The notes under the pieces: model-generated
The model's database searches: none
What the model was told of the DNA's origin: nothing
Seen by the model: the letters and a program-made list of their open reading frames with translations, nothing else
In this document: positions 1 to 11,290 of the stretch, one piece after another
Layout: every line of letters begins with the position of its first letter
Numbering within the stretch: position 1 is the stretch's first letter
Translations under genes and position numbers: made by a program
NCBI GenBank assembly: GCA_030390025.1
Contig: CM059452.1
Location: 8,866,001 to 8,930,000 of the forward strand
DNA: 64,000 nucleotides
Origin: Squalus acanthias
Taxonomy: Eukaryota
Direction of reading: 5' to 3'

Positions 1-962
1 ATATCATCGTTTTGATGTTAATTATGGTTCTCTACAAGGAGTTAATGGAATATACTGTGAGACGAAACACAAAGATCAATAACTTCAATATTAGCAGCAA
101 ATCCAATTCTCAAAGTAACCATTGGTCTGAGTGGGCCATCTTCGGTGCCCCATATGTCATTGCAAGTCCCATGACACAGTTCAGTGTTCTGAGCAAAAGG
201 TGGCTAAAAGGTGTTATCGTTTCGGGTCAGCTCCCTGCTGAACTGTGAATCGGTTGGCCGGCAAAGGTATTTGAAATGTGAGATAGGCAGTTGTATTACG
301 CAGTGCAGAACCAATGACCTATTTGTTAATAAACCTGGTGGATATTCGAAAACCTGCGGCAGCCCATCCGGGGAGCAGAGGTCACGGTTCCAGGCTCTGT
401 CCAACACGGCCATCTTTGTGTGACGTACAGTCGGCCATGATTATGTGACGTACTGTCGGCCATGATTATGTGACATACTGGGCCGCCTGTGGCCCTTTAC
501 GCGCCATTTGTCCTTTGATGCCCTTTCGGTGCCTGCGTGCAATATTGTGTAGCCCTTTACACATCTCCCCTGAAAGTTTTCCGGACCCTTTGATCGCGGC
601 CTGTACACTAGGTTTAGTTGATCAGGGTATGTTGCTGGGTCAGAGACTGTTCTTTCACAATGAACAGATGTCACAAGGTAGTGATTGTGTTCTTTAAAAC
701 AAGCCACAAGCACAGAGTTCCCCCAATGTCGATTCGCCTTCCGACTGCCGCTTCATTCTCTGTCACTGCACCTGGAAACGCGGAATATTAGACACCTTGA
801 AAGCAATCATTACTTAATTGAAACATAACTTTACAAACATAACCACAGAAGGCGATGGTGCATGAAGCATTTATTTAAATTACAGACAGAGTTTATTATT
901 TATGTATATTGTGTGTATCTGCCTGTACATTGAAAATGGCCCTGGACTGTCTCATATTATAA

Positions 963-1130
963 TCTGACACTCAGTTGCTGGACTGAGGGAGTGCTGCAGG
1001 GTCTGAGGCGCCGTCCTTCGATCAGACGTTTAACCGAGGTCCCGCCAGCCCGTTCAGCAGGATGTTAACGAATCCCCGGCACTACTGGAATAAGAACGGG
1101 AGATTCTCCCGGTGTCCTGGGCCCCCATTC
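963..1130 (+). mobile_element. Deu-SINE-like fragment
   Basis: gagggagtgctgca..aaccgaggtc..ttctcccggtgtcctgg, homologous to 53895-54230. Confidence 0.6.
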
Positions 1131-1500
1131 CACCCTCAACAAACACCACCCAATAAAACCACATGAACCGACCTCCCAGCTCATTACTGCGGGACAAAGG
1201 ACAGCGGCAGCCTCTGCTGACAGAACAACACCGCCCCTCCCCCCGTACATCAGACTAATGTGGGAGGGGCTTTCACATCGGGCTCAGAGACCCAATGAAG
1301 GGCCAGAAAACTGCAGGTCCTTATTTAAACCTGTCGCTTATTCACACAACACACAGCCAGAGATCCGGGAACAGTGCTGCCCTGTGCTAATTAACTCGAT
1401 CCAATAAAGTCCAGCTCTGAGGTACAGTCTCCCAGGACAGCCCCGGGCTGCAGTCTCCAGCTCCCCGTCATATAAACCATCAGCTCCAGGCAGCAGAACG

Positions 1501-1979
1501 ATGGGAATCCTCCTTGTTTTCACCCTGTGTGTCTGTTTACCCCGTGAGTACCGATCAAACAAACCGATATTGTGTGGATTTAATATAAAGCTGCCCGGGT
1601 CCATCCGAATTGCGGACACTGTCTGGGTTTTAGCCCCGTTGTGTGGTTCGGCTCTGATGTCCCATTAAACTCTCTCTGTTTAATTTCCAGGCTCTTTCAG
1701 TCAGTCAGTGACACAGACCCCGCCAGCGGTGACCAGGGAGGAGTGTCAGTCTCTCACCATCACCTGTGTTTTCGATGGTGGTTCTTGGGATTATTTTGAA
1801 AATGGAAATTTCTTCAGACAAACCCAGACCGGGACAGAGTGGGAGCGGATCTCGAGCGGAGGGCGATTTGTTGTGAGGACGAATAAGGCAGAAAATACAT
1901 TTTCTTTGGAAATTCGGGATGTGCGAGTTGAAGACAGCGCCACCTATTACTGTAAAGCTGAGTACCAGTACTGGAACCT
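1501..1979 (+). CDS. NAR-TCR (IgNAR-like) V gene segment; leader exon 1501-1543, V exon 1691-1979
   Basis: Leader MGILLVFTLCVCLP, then donor gtgagt (1544) and acceptor ttccag (1690), phase 1 and in frame. V reads SQSVTQTP..LTITC..ERISSGGRFVVRTNKAENTFSLEIRDVRVEDSATYYC, with the IgNAR-type CDR2 deletion and an extra FR1 Cys. TATA at 1471. Confidence 0.93.
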
Positions 1980-2017
1980 CACAGTGATGGGCCTCGGCTT
2001 CCCGCGATACAAAAACT
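1980..2017 (+). promoter_or_regulatory. 23-type RSS of NAR-TCR V
   Basis: CACAGTG (1980-1986), 22-bp spacer, ACAAAAACT (2009-2017). Confidence 0.95.
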
Positions 2018-2341
2018 CTCACTGCAGATTGTGACAGAAACAAATGAAGAAGCGGAGTCAATCTGCCGTTAAACCCACAGTTCCGCCTCGCACCGTCTGC
2101 CCCACAGTCTAGTTTATAATCAGATTGGATTATTGCAGTTAACACCTTGAGTTTTGTAAATGCTGAGTGTGTGCGGGCGGTGACGTCTTTCCCGGGATTG
2201 GTGTCAATGAATGGCGATTGGGAATGACTGATCCCAGTTACAAGTCCAGAACACCAGATGGGATCCTGTTCTAACAGCTGGAACCGGGAACCGCGGTCCC
2301 CGCCGTGTAACTAATGTCCCCCCATCTCACCGAGTACCGGG

Positions 2342-2410
2342 GGATTTGATGCTGACTTGAAACACTGTGTTAATTCGGGGGTCACAGTGGCTGAGACCTG
2401 AGCAAATACC
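2342..2410 (+). other. NAR-TCR D segment (2370-2382) flanked by 12-RSS on both sides
   Basis: GGATTTGAT-12bp-CACTGTG, then TTAATTCGGGGGT, then CACAGTG-12bp-GCAAATACC. Confidence 0.9.
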
Positions 2411-2725
2411 TGTGTACAATTAAAATATAAATTCCCCGGGCCCGGAACCTGAATTGTAGGTTTGATCTTATTATCGCTGTAATCTGGTTTAATTTAGTTG
2501 TAATTTCCTGCTTTCAGTTTTCTTTCTTTGATATTTTCTCCGTTTCTATGAAGCGCCCATCTCCGGCCGTGTTCCTGGGCCATTTTACTGAGAGCTCAGA
2601 GTCTCACAAAGAACAGTTTGAACCGACGGGGACTGTGGAACACGGAATATTGTTTATTGATCCCTGGAATAATTGGGCAGCGCCGACTGTCTGGTGATGT
2701 GTGTCCGGCAGATTGAGGTGTCGGT

Positions 2726-2812
2726 GGTTCTTGTACCGGGGTGACTGAGAGCGGTGTCACTGTGGTTATAAATATGTGGATGGATCCGGGACGGTGGTGA
2801 CTGTCACAGCCG
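2726..2812 (+). CDS. NAR-TCR J segment (2765-2812) with 23-RSS
   Basis: GGTTCTTGT-23bp-CACTGTG, coding YKYVDGSGTVVTVTA (IgNAR-type xGxGT motif), phase-1 donor gtaagt at 2813. Confidence 0.92.
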
Positions 2813-3277
2813 GTAAGTGACTCCAAACCCCGCCGTGTTACAGACTGTCCCGGTTAATGTTCACCGTCAGTTTATTATTGTGATCAGTATCACCTCAATC
2901 CCTTCAAAATAAAACAGAGCGGTTTTCTAAGGGGGTTTCATTGCAGTTTTAGATTGGGGAGCAGAATATGAACCGGGGTCGGGTCGGGTGTGAGTCCGGA
3001 GAGAGGAGGTGTGAGACCCCCACGGAGCAGGCAGTCTGGGGGTTTTGACCCCATCTGGACCATCATTGATTTAACGGGGACCTCGGGAGATCCCATGAAC
3101 ATCCCGGACTCTCTCTCACTCTGATCCCCAGTTGGTTTAAATGAGCGCAGTTTGTCGACACTCCGACCTCCGCTCTCGGTGTTAACTGTGACTGAGGGAG
3201 CAGGGGGTCACAAAGCTCCGTCCTGGGCAGGAGATGCCAGTCCGAGCCGGGCAGTGTGAGTCAGGTGAACCCGACAC

Positions 3278-3454
3278 TGCATCGGCCCGTCCGATACCTG
3301 CAGCGGCCCCTCCGATACCTGCATCGGCCCGTCCGATACCTGCAGCAGCCCGTCCGATGCCTGCAGCGGCCCGTCCGATACCTGCAGCGGCCCCTCCGAT
3401 ACCTGCAGCGGCCCCTCCGATACCTGCAGCGGCCCGTCCGATACCTGCAGCGGC
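3278..3454 (+). repeat. 21-bp GC-rich minisatellite (about 8 copies)
   Basis: Unit ccgatacctgcagcggcccgt. Confidence 0.95.
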
Positions 3455-3699
3455 AAAAAATCTGGAGCACAACACGGCGGGGCTTCAGATACAAGAGATC
3501 CGCCTGCAGGTCTAGATGACATTTCATTATTGGACACTCAGTGACTGAAATTAGCTGTATTGCGTCTGACATTTATTCCAATTGCTTTTGTATAAACAAT
3601 TAGTTTGCCTCCATGTCTCTCGTTTAAGTCGAAATGTAAAAGCTCCGAACTACAGATAATTTTCGATATTTTTATATTGTTAGATATTTTCTAATCAAT

Positions 3700-3970
3700 C
3701 CAATAAGGAATTCAGGAGGAACTTCTTTCCCCAGAGAGTGGTCAGAATGTGGAACTCGCTGCCACAAGGAGCAGTTGAGCCGAATAACATCGATACATTT
3801 AAGGGGAATCTGGATAAGTAGGTGAGGGAGAAAGGAATAGAAGGATCTGTTGATGGGGTGAGATGGAGTAGGGGTGGGAGGAGGCTCGTGTGGAGCAGTA
3901 ACACCGGCATGGACCGATTGGGCCCAATGGCCTGTTTCTGTGCTCTACATTCTGTGTGATGCTGTGTAAT
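3700..3970 (+). mobile_element. CR1-type LINE 3' fragment
   Basis: FFPQRVVRMWNSLP-like coding end plus ggcctgtttctgtgct 3' UTR tail. Confidence 0.8.
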
Positions 3971-4364
3971 ATTTAATGTTCATGTTTGAGAGATCGGATT
4001 GCAGTAATTTATCTGTATGCCTGGTTACTGTTAACTGAAACAACACTGGGCAGTGAGCGAGTGAGGGCGAGGTTCTAATGTTCCTATAAAGGAGAGCAGG
4101 AACACCCGAGGGAACAAGTACAGACTGGAGGGAAGTCCATTTAGAACCAGCAAGAAATCATTCACCGAAAGGGAGAGAAATATCGGACTTCACCGGCCGG
4201 GTGAGGGTGTGGAGACACCGGTCTCTGGGCCGTTCAAAGCACAATCCGACACCGGGGCAGTGAGATTTACTGAAGGGACGGGCTGCGATTGGACCCCGGC
4301 CCTTTTCTCAGCTTTGGATTTATTGGTCTCCTGAGAAAAGACATCAGCAGCAATCCACACATTT

Positions 4365-4805
4365 CTGGAAAGATTGAACAGGCGGGGACTCTTTTCTCTG
4401 GAAAAGAGAAGAAAACGAGGAGACCTGATGGAGGTGATTAAATGATGAAGGGGTTCGATAGGGTGCACGTGGGGAAACTGTTTCCATTGTGGGTGAGTCC
4501 AGAACAAGGGGCCACAAATATAAGATAGTCACTAACAGAACAAATAAAGACATTGGGAAGAATTTATTCACACAGAGAGGCGTCAGAATGTGGAACTCGC
4601 TGCCACACGGAGCAGTTGGAGCAGATAGCGTTGATGCATTTAAGGGGAGGCTTGAAAAATACAGGAGGGAGAAAGGAATCGAGGGGCACAGGGGTCAGGG
4701 TGTGAAGAGGTAATTAGAGTGGGAGGAGGCTCGTGTGGAGTATAAACACCGACACAGACCAGTTGGGCCGAATGGCCTGTTCCTGTTCTGCAGATTCTGT
4801 ATAAT
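4365..4805 (+). mobile_element. CR1-type LINE 3' fragment
   Basis: SRTRGHKYKI..FTQRGVRMWNSLP..AFKGRL plus 3' UTR. Confidence 0.85.
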
Positions 4806-5394
4806 GTAAAACTCAGAGAAAACTCCGCCCGGAGAACACGGGAGAGAATCAGCCAATGGGCTGAAGGAATTGAAGTTGTCAGAGAGCCGGAAGAGCCAGT
4901 TCCCAGTGAGTAACAGTAAAACCACTGCGGAAACTGCACAGACTGAACCCAACCGACAACCGAGAGACTTTGGGACAAGTTCTCAGGCTGGCAAAAAACC
5001 ACAAACAGCACAAAGTGAGCGACCCAGATGTGGAAATAAAATGAAACAAATTGTAAATAATTCAAAGTAAAGTGTAATGAAGCAAATGGGGCCCCACTGA
5101 TGGAAGAAAAGAGACAAATAGAGCGAGAGTCAGACAGGAGCTCCCGTGAAGTATTAAACTGCAGTAAAAGATTGACCTTTGACCCACAGATTTTCAGTGT
5201 CAGTTTGGCTCAGTCGGTGCTGATGAATCTCACTGCTTTCTGTTGGATCTTGCTGTGCGCAGTGACATAACACAGCCGGGTCACTCTCGGTCAAACATCA
5301 TTGGAATGTGGTTGTCTCAGTGAGGAGGAGAATGGACTATTATTTTTTCGGGTTTATCTTTCACGAAGAAAAATAAAAACAGAAATTTAATAGA

Positions 5395-5630
5395 AAGCAT
5401 AGAATCATACAGCAGAGAAGGAGGACATTCGGCCCACCTTGCCTGTGCGGCTCTTTGAAGGAGCTATTCAATTAGTCCCACTCGCCCCGCTCTTTCCCCA
5501 TAGTCCTGACAAATTTTCCTTTTCCAGTATTGATCCAATTTCCTGTTGAAAGTTACTATTGAATCTGCTCCCACCACCCTTTCAGGCAGTGCATTCCAGA
5601 TCATAACGGCTTACTGCGTAAATATAATTC
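5395..5630 (-). mobile_element. CR1-type LINE 3' tail
   Basis: catagaatcatacagc..ggacattcggccc..tgcattccagatcataac. Confidence 0.75.
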
Positions 5631-5813
5631 TCCTCAGTGCCCCCCCCCCCCCTCCCCACGCCGGTGCTTTTGCCAATGACAGTGAATAAAGTTGGAACAG
5701 GCTTCAAATGAAGCACAGCATTACCGCGAGAGGCAGAATTATTCCTGTGATTGACAAGTGTCCCCGGTAAACAACAGGCAAATAAATAACATTTCCCCAT
5801 TTTAATCCTGCAG

Positions 5814-6119
5814 ATTCCAGTTTCTCGGTGTCACAGGGTCCGCCTCTACAATCCTCTGCAGCCGGAGACACCGTTTCTTTAAGCTGCGAATATTCAGGGT
5901 TCTGTCAGCTCACAGTACACTGGTACCGTCAGTCCCCAGAACAGGCTCCGAAATACTTGCTTCAGAGACACACTTCAGGAGAGGGGAAGAAAGAAAACGC
6001 TGCCGGGGGCCGAATTTCTGCTTCTGTCGATGGTGCGCAGAAAATCAGCCGGTTAAACATCACGAAACCGCAACTGAGTGACTCCGCTGTGTATTACTGT
6101 GCACTGAGTCCGCGCACAG
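5814..6119 (+). CDS. Leaderless supporting TCR-delta V segment of NAR-TCR
   Basis: Acceptor cctgcag (5813) is in frame with the J donor, giving DSSFSVSQGPP..VSLSCEYSGFCQLTVHWYRQ..LSDSAVYYCALSPRT. Cys in CDR1; no leader exon seen upstream. Confidence 0.92.
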
Positions 6120-6158
6120 CACAGTGATACAGAGCACGGAGAGAGCCGTACAAAAACG
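6120..6158 (+). promoter_or_regulatory. 23-RSS of supporting V-delta
   Basis: CACAGTG-23bp-ACAAAAACG. Confidence 0.95.
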
Positions 6159-6180
6159 TGAACATGGTGGGGATTACAGA

Positions 6181-7110
6181 CACACAGTGATACAGAGCAC
6201 GGAGAGAGTTCACAAACCCGAACATGGTGGGGATTACAGACACACAGTGATACAGAGCACGGAGAGAGTTCACAAACCTGAACATGGTGGGAATTACAGA
6301 CACACAGTGATACAGAGCACGGAGAGAGTTCACAAACCTGAACGTGGTGGGGATTACAGACACACAGTGATACAGAGCACGGAGAGAGTTCACAAACCTG
6401 AACATGCTGGGGATTACAGACACACAGTGATACAGAGTACGGAGAGAGTTCACAAACCTGAACATGGTGGGGATTACAGACACACAGTGATACAGAGTAC
6501 GGAGAGAGTTCACAAACCTGAACATGGTGGGGATTACAGACACACAGTGATACAGAGCACGGAGAGGGTTCACAAACCTGAACATGGTGGGGATTACAGA
6601 CACACAGTGATACAGAGCACGGAGAGAGTTCACAAACCTGAACATGGTGGGGATTACAGACACACAGTGATACAGAGCACGGAGAGAGTTCACAAACCTG
6701 AACATGGTGGGGATTACAGACACACAGTGATAGAGAGCACGGAGAGAGTTCACAAACCTGAACATGGTGGGGATTACAGACACACAGTGATACAGAGCAC
6801 GGAGTGAGTTCACAAACCTGAACATGGTGGGGATTACAGACACACAGTGATAGAGAGCACGGAGAGAGTTCACAAACCTGAACATGGTGGGGATTACAGA
6901 CACACAGTGATACAGAGCACGGAGAGGGTTCACAAACCTGAACATGGTGGGGATTACAGACACACAGTGATAGAGAGCACGGAGAGAGTTCACAAACCTG
7001 AACATGATGGGGATTACAGACACACAGTGATAGAGAGCACGGAGAGAGTTCACAAACCTGAACATGGTGGGGATTACAGACACACAGTGATACAGAGCAC
7101 GGAGAGAGAG
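6181..7110 (+). repeat. 60-bp tandem array (16 copies, last partial) of the V's RSS and 3' flank
   Basis: Unit cacacagtgatacagagcacggagagagttcacaaacctgaacatggtggggattacaga. Heptamers at 6183, 6243 ... 7083. Confidence 0.97.
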
Positions 7111-7629
7111 AAAAAATATTCTTCTTAGATGTATTCTGGACGAATCTTAGAGTTTTACCCTGCAGAAACAACTGATTAAGCCCATCAAGTCTACACTTTT
7201 CTTTTCGCTCCTCACACCCTTTAATATTCCCTTCTTTCGAGTCTCCTATCCAATTCCCCAGTTAAAATATTTGATGCATTTATTCCACATTTTCACTTCC
7301 TTCTGTGTAAATAATTGTTTTTCTCAACTGAAACATTTATATTTTGCCGAGTGATATTTCACCCTAGGAGTTATATTTATTGTCCGCCTGTTTTCACAGG
7401 GACCAGCAGAGTTTCATATTTCCTTTTCTTTTGTTCAATCCGTCTTTCAACGCTTGGGTTGATGAGCGGTCACCACCTCCTGGGATTTCCCGGATTGGTG
7501 TGTAATCTGCTCAGAGATTCTCTCCGCTCAACAGGACACCCGCAGTCTGTCCGGACCAAAAACCCGGCCAGCTCCCGACTGAAGGAGTTTGGGTTTGGAT
7601 TCACTGAGTTAATGACTCGGCCATGGAGG

Positions 7630-10600
7630 GCTGCGGCTCCCACAATTCACAGCGGAAGGGAAAAGGCCCATTGTGACACGGGCCGCGCTGCACTCTGGGA
7701 GAACTGTCCGCACATTTGCACCTCAGAAAACCTTTTAATGACAACTTTTTTATTCTCTCCTATGCCAGAATTTCACTTTAATCGATTAAGATCGAGCATT
7801 TATTTTGATGGAAACGGATGTAAATTTGTTTTTCAATCGCGCAGCGGTTATAAGTCACACAAACATAGCCGACTGTATGTCACACAAACATGGCCAACGC
7901 CGGTTTGCCCTGCAGTTGATGACGCCATAATCCCTCAGCATGTCACAGCAACGTTATTGGCGGTTTACCCCATTGATTCAGGGTTAGGAGATCACGGGGC
8001 GTCTCCAGCCTCCGCTCAGCGCTGAAGAGCCCCAGTTTGTGGCACCTGTGACCCCTGACTCAGTCCTATGAACCCGAGGAGTGGGCGGGGGCAGCACGGG
8101 GCCTCTTAAAGGGACACTGCACTCCATGAGAATCACCGAGCCCGGAGTCAGTGAGAGCCTGGGAACAGGGAAGTGAGACGAGGATGATATTGGAGGGGAT
8201 GGCGGCCCCGGATAGGGGGAGGGGTGAGAGATTGTGGCAGAGACGGAGTATAAGCACCAACTCCATACATTCCCAATCTCCCTTCAGACGGTCCGTTAAT
8301 TCTTCCCTCTCTTAACCCGATGTCATGTTCAACTATAGGACACCTCACGCCTGAATTCAGGAGTTTCGAAGAAGAGCAGAACCGCATTTGAAGGAAAATG
8401 CCAGAAGATACTCGGGCCTGGCCAGAAACCTCTGGAGATGCTCACGTGGCACGGAGTCACCGAACTAATCTGATGAAACGGTGAAGGACGTGGAGCGAAA
8501 GTTCAAGGAAACAGGGAGCAAAGATCTGAAGGTCACTGCGGATCCCTGGATTGATGTTCATTGAGTTCAGGTCGATGGTATGAGAGAAAATGGAGCAGAG
8601 CAGAGAGGAAGGATCCCTGGGGTGATGTTCAGTGAGTTCTGGGAGTTGGTACAAGAAGGAATGGAGGAGAGCCGGGAGAAAGGATCCCTGGGCTGATGTT
8701 CAGTGAGTTCAGGTGGATGATTTGAGAGGGAATGGAGCAAGAACAGGGAGAAAGGATCCCTAGGGTGATGCTCAGTGAGCTCAGGGAGATGATGTCAGAG
8801 GGAATGGAGCAGAGCAGGGAGAAATGTCGTCAGGGAAACAGGAGACAGGGCGTCAGGGTTAATGGGTGTGGCTGAGATTGAAGAAGGCTTGGAAGTGGTT
8901 ACCCCAGTGCTGGGCCTACTTTGCTCCTTTGGTCTGTGTGGATCATTTGAACTCGGATCTCCATTGAAGGGGCGATTCCAAAACAAAAATATATTCCACT
9001 AGTGCCCACCCGAGAGGAGGGCTCCACTCGCACACTTGGCCTGAACAAAACTAAAATTATATTCCATTAGAATTTGATTTTATCACAACCTTTATCTAGT
9101 TGTGCCCACTGAGGCAGAAGGCCCCAAATGTTTCTGTGGACACCGCGCGATCCCTCATCTCCTCTCCCTCAAATACTGTCTAAAAGCTGGAGAGAGGCTG
9201 TGTGTCAGATAGGCCCCAGGCTCTGGGAATCATCCCCAGGGTTTGTGCTCCCTGGTGCATCTGTGTCAGATATCTATCCCGTGCTGTACCTGCCCTGGGA
9301 GTGTTTGATGGGACAGTGTAGAGGGAGCTTTACTCTGTATCTAACCCATGCTGTACCTGCCCGGGGAGTGTTTCATGGGTCAGTGTAGAGGAAGCTTTAC
9401 TCTGTATCTAACCCGTGCTGTACCTGACTGGGAGTGTTTGATTGGACAGTGTTGAGGGAGCTTTACTCTGTATCTAACCCGTGCTGTCCCTGTCCTGGGA
9501 GTGTTTGATGGGACAGTGTAGAGGGAGCTTTACTCTGTATCTAACCCGTGCTGTGCCTGCCCTGGGAGTGTTTGTTGGGACAGTGTAGAGGGAGCTTTAC
9601 TCTGCATCTAACCCGTGCTGTACCTGCCCTGGGAGTGTTTGATTGTACAGTGTAGAGGGAGCTTTACTCCAATCTAACCTGTGCTGTACAAGCCCTGGGA
9701 GTGTTTGATGGGACAGTGTAGAGGGAGCTTTACTCTGTATCTAACCCGTGCTGTACCTGCCCTGGGAGTGTTTGATGGGACAGTTATGGAGCCACTGCGC
9801 TACCCAGTGCCCTATCAGTGTAAAGACACCATTACCCGTGCCTTTTTATGTCAAGACCCTGAGGCGGAATGACTGCACAGCGACCAGGCGCCCATTGCAG
9901 TCTCCTCTAATATTATGGCCTGTAACAGTCACATGCCAGGTTCTAATAAAGAGCAGGGCTCTGCTCCATCACAGCTTGATACATTACAGTACATGGTAGA
10001 GTAAATCTCCCTCTACACTGTTTTCATCAAACGCTCCCACGGCAGGTACACACTTGTTAGATATCTGACACAGACACACTGCGGAGCACATACCCTGGAA
10101 ATGATTCCAAGAGTCTGGGGCCTATCCGACACACAGGCTCGCTCTACAGCTTTTCTTTTGTACACACACACATAGACTGTCTTCACTTTTTCTGCTATAC
10201 ACACAAACTATCTCTCTCTCCACCTGCTCTGTTAGATTCCACACAGACCAATAAAAGAGTCGGCCCAGCACTGGGGTAACCACTTCCAACCCTTCTCCAA
10301 TCTGAGCCACACCCATTTACCCTGACCATCTGTCTCCTGTATCCCTGACGACCTTTCTCCCTGCTCTGCTCCATTCCCCCTGGTACCAACTCCCTGAACT
10401 CACTGATCATCGCCCCAGGGATCCTTTCTCCCTGCTCTGCTCCATTCCCTCTTGTACCATCTCCATGAACTCAGTGAACATCACTGCTGTGTACCGCCAG
10501 TGACCTTCAGATCTCCGCTCCCTGTTTCCCTGCAGTTTTGCTCCACGACCTTAACCGGATCCTTGGACTCTTTCTGTGCCTCCCTACCCCGGAACATCTC

Positions 10601-11290
10601 CAGAGGTTTCTGGCCCAATCCGAGTATCTTCCTGCATTCTCCCTCTGATGGGGAGCCGCTTTCCCTCTGAACCCCTGGAGTCCAGGCGCGAGGTCTCCTG
10701 TGGTTGAATTTATGATGGGGTTGAGGAACGGAAGAATTATACGGCCCTTCTGAAGGGCTGAGAAGGAACATTGCAAATTGATGGAGTTGCTGTTTAAACT
10801 ATGTCTCTGCCTCAATCTCTCTCCCTCCCCTCAAAGAGACAAATACCTTCAGCCACCATCGCTGTCTCCCGGCTCTGTATCCTGTTCCAGGCTCCGAGAA
10901 TATCGGGTGATACAGGGCCCATTGAAGACTTTCCGAGCTGACACTCCCGGGGTCACAGCCCTGATCCCTGACCCTCAATGAATGTGAAAATCAGCCAATC
11001 GCGGTGCTGTGACATGCGAAAAGCATTGTGGCGTCATCCAGTTCAGGGCAAAGTGGAGACTGCCATGTTTGTGTGACGTGCGGTGTGACATGTGACTTCA
11101 ATTCCCATAAAAGAAACGGTCTTCCTTTCTTAATAAAAAGGAGAAAATATGCGACAGAGATAAAGATACAGACAGCGACAATTGAAGCGGTAGGCGAGTT
11201 GCGCATGTGCGAACAGTGCTCCCAGGGAGCAGGACGGCCCGTGGTCTACATAGGGCCTATTCTGGCCCGCTGTGCATTTTGGGAATCTCT
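7630..11290. repeat. Diverged large inverted repeat (arms about 7630-9335 and 10000-11290)
   Basis: Collinear reverse-complement matches, e.g. ggaagtggttaccccagtgctgggcc (8891) vs ggcccagcactggggtaaccacttcc (10262), and gtcacacaaacatggc (7879) vs gccatgtttgtgtgac (11062). Confidence 0.85.
9270..9785 (+). repeat. 67-bp minisatellite (about 7.5 copies)
   Basis: Unit ctgggagtgtttgatgggacagtgtagagggagctttactctgtatctaacccgtgctgtacctgcc. Confidence 0.95.

Noticed and set aside
3182-3572. Ala/Gly/Pro- or Arg/Cys-rich ORFs
   Set aside because: Frames of a 21-bp minisatellite in an intron.
6181-7110. CRISPR-like appearance of the array
   Set aside because: No unique spacers; eukaryotic context; units are whole-copy duplicates of an RSS.
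6053-7171. Long Cys-rich and repetitive ORFs (372, 329, 227 aa)
   Set aside because: By-products of a 60-bp (3n) tandem repeat; the V frame stops at the first heptamer.
7315-8025. 236-aa ORF
   Set aside because: No recognisable domain, non-ATG start, and overlaps the diverged inverted repeat whose other arm does not keep the frame.
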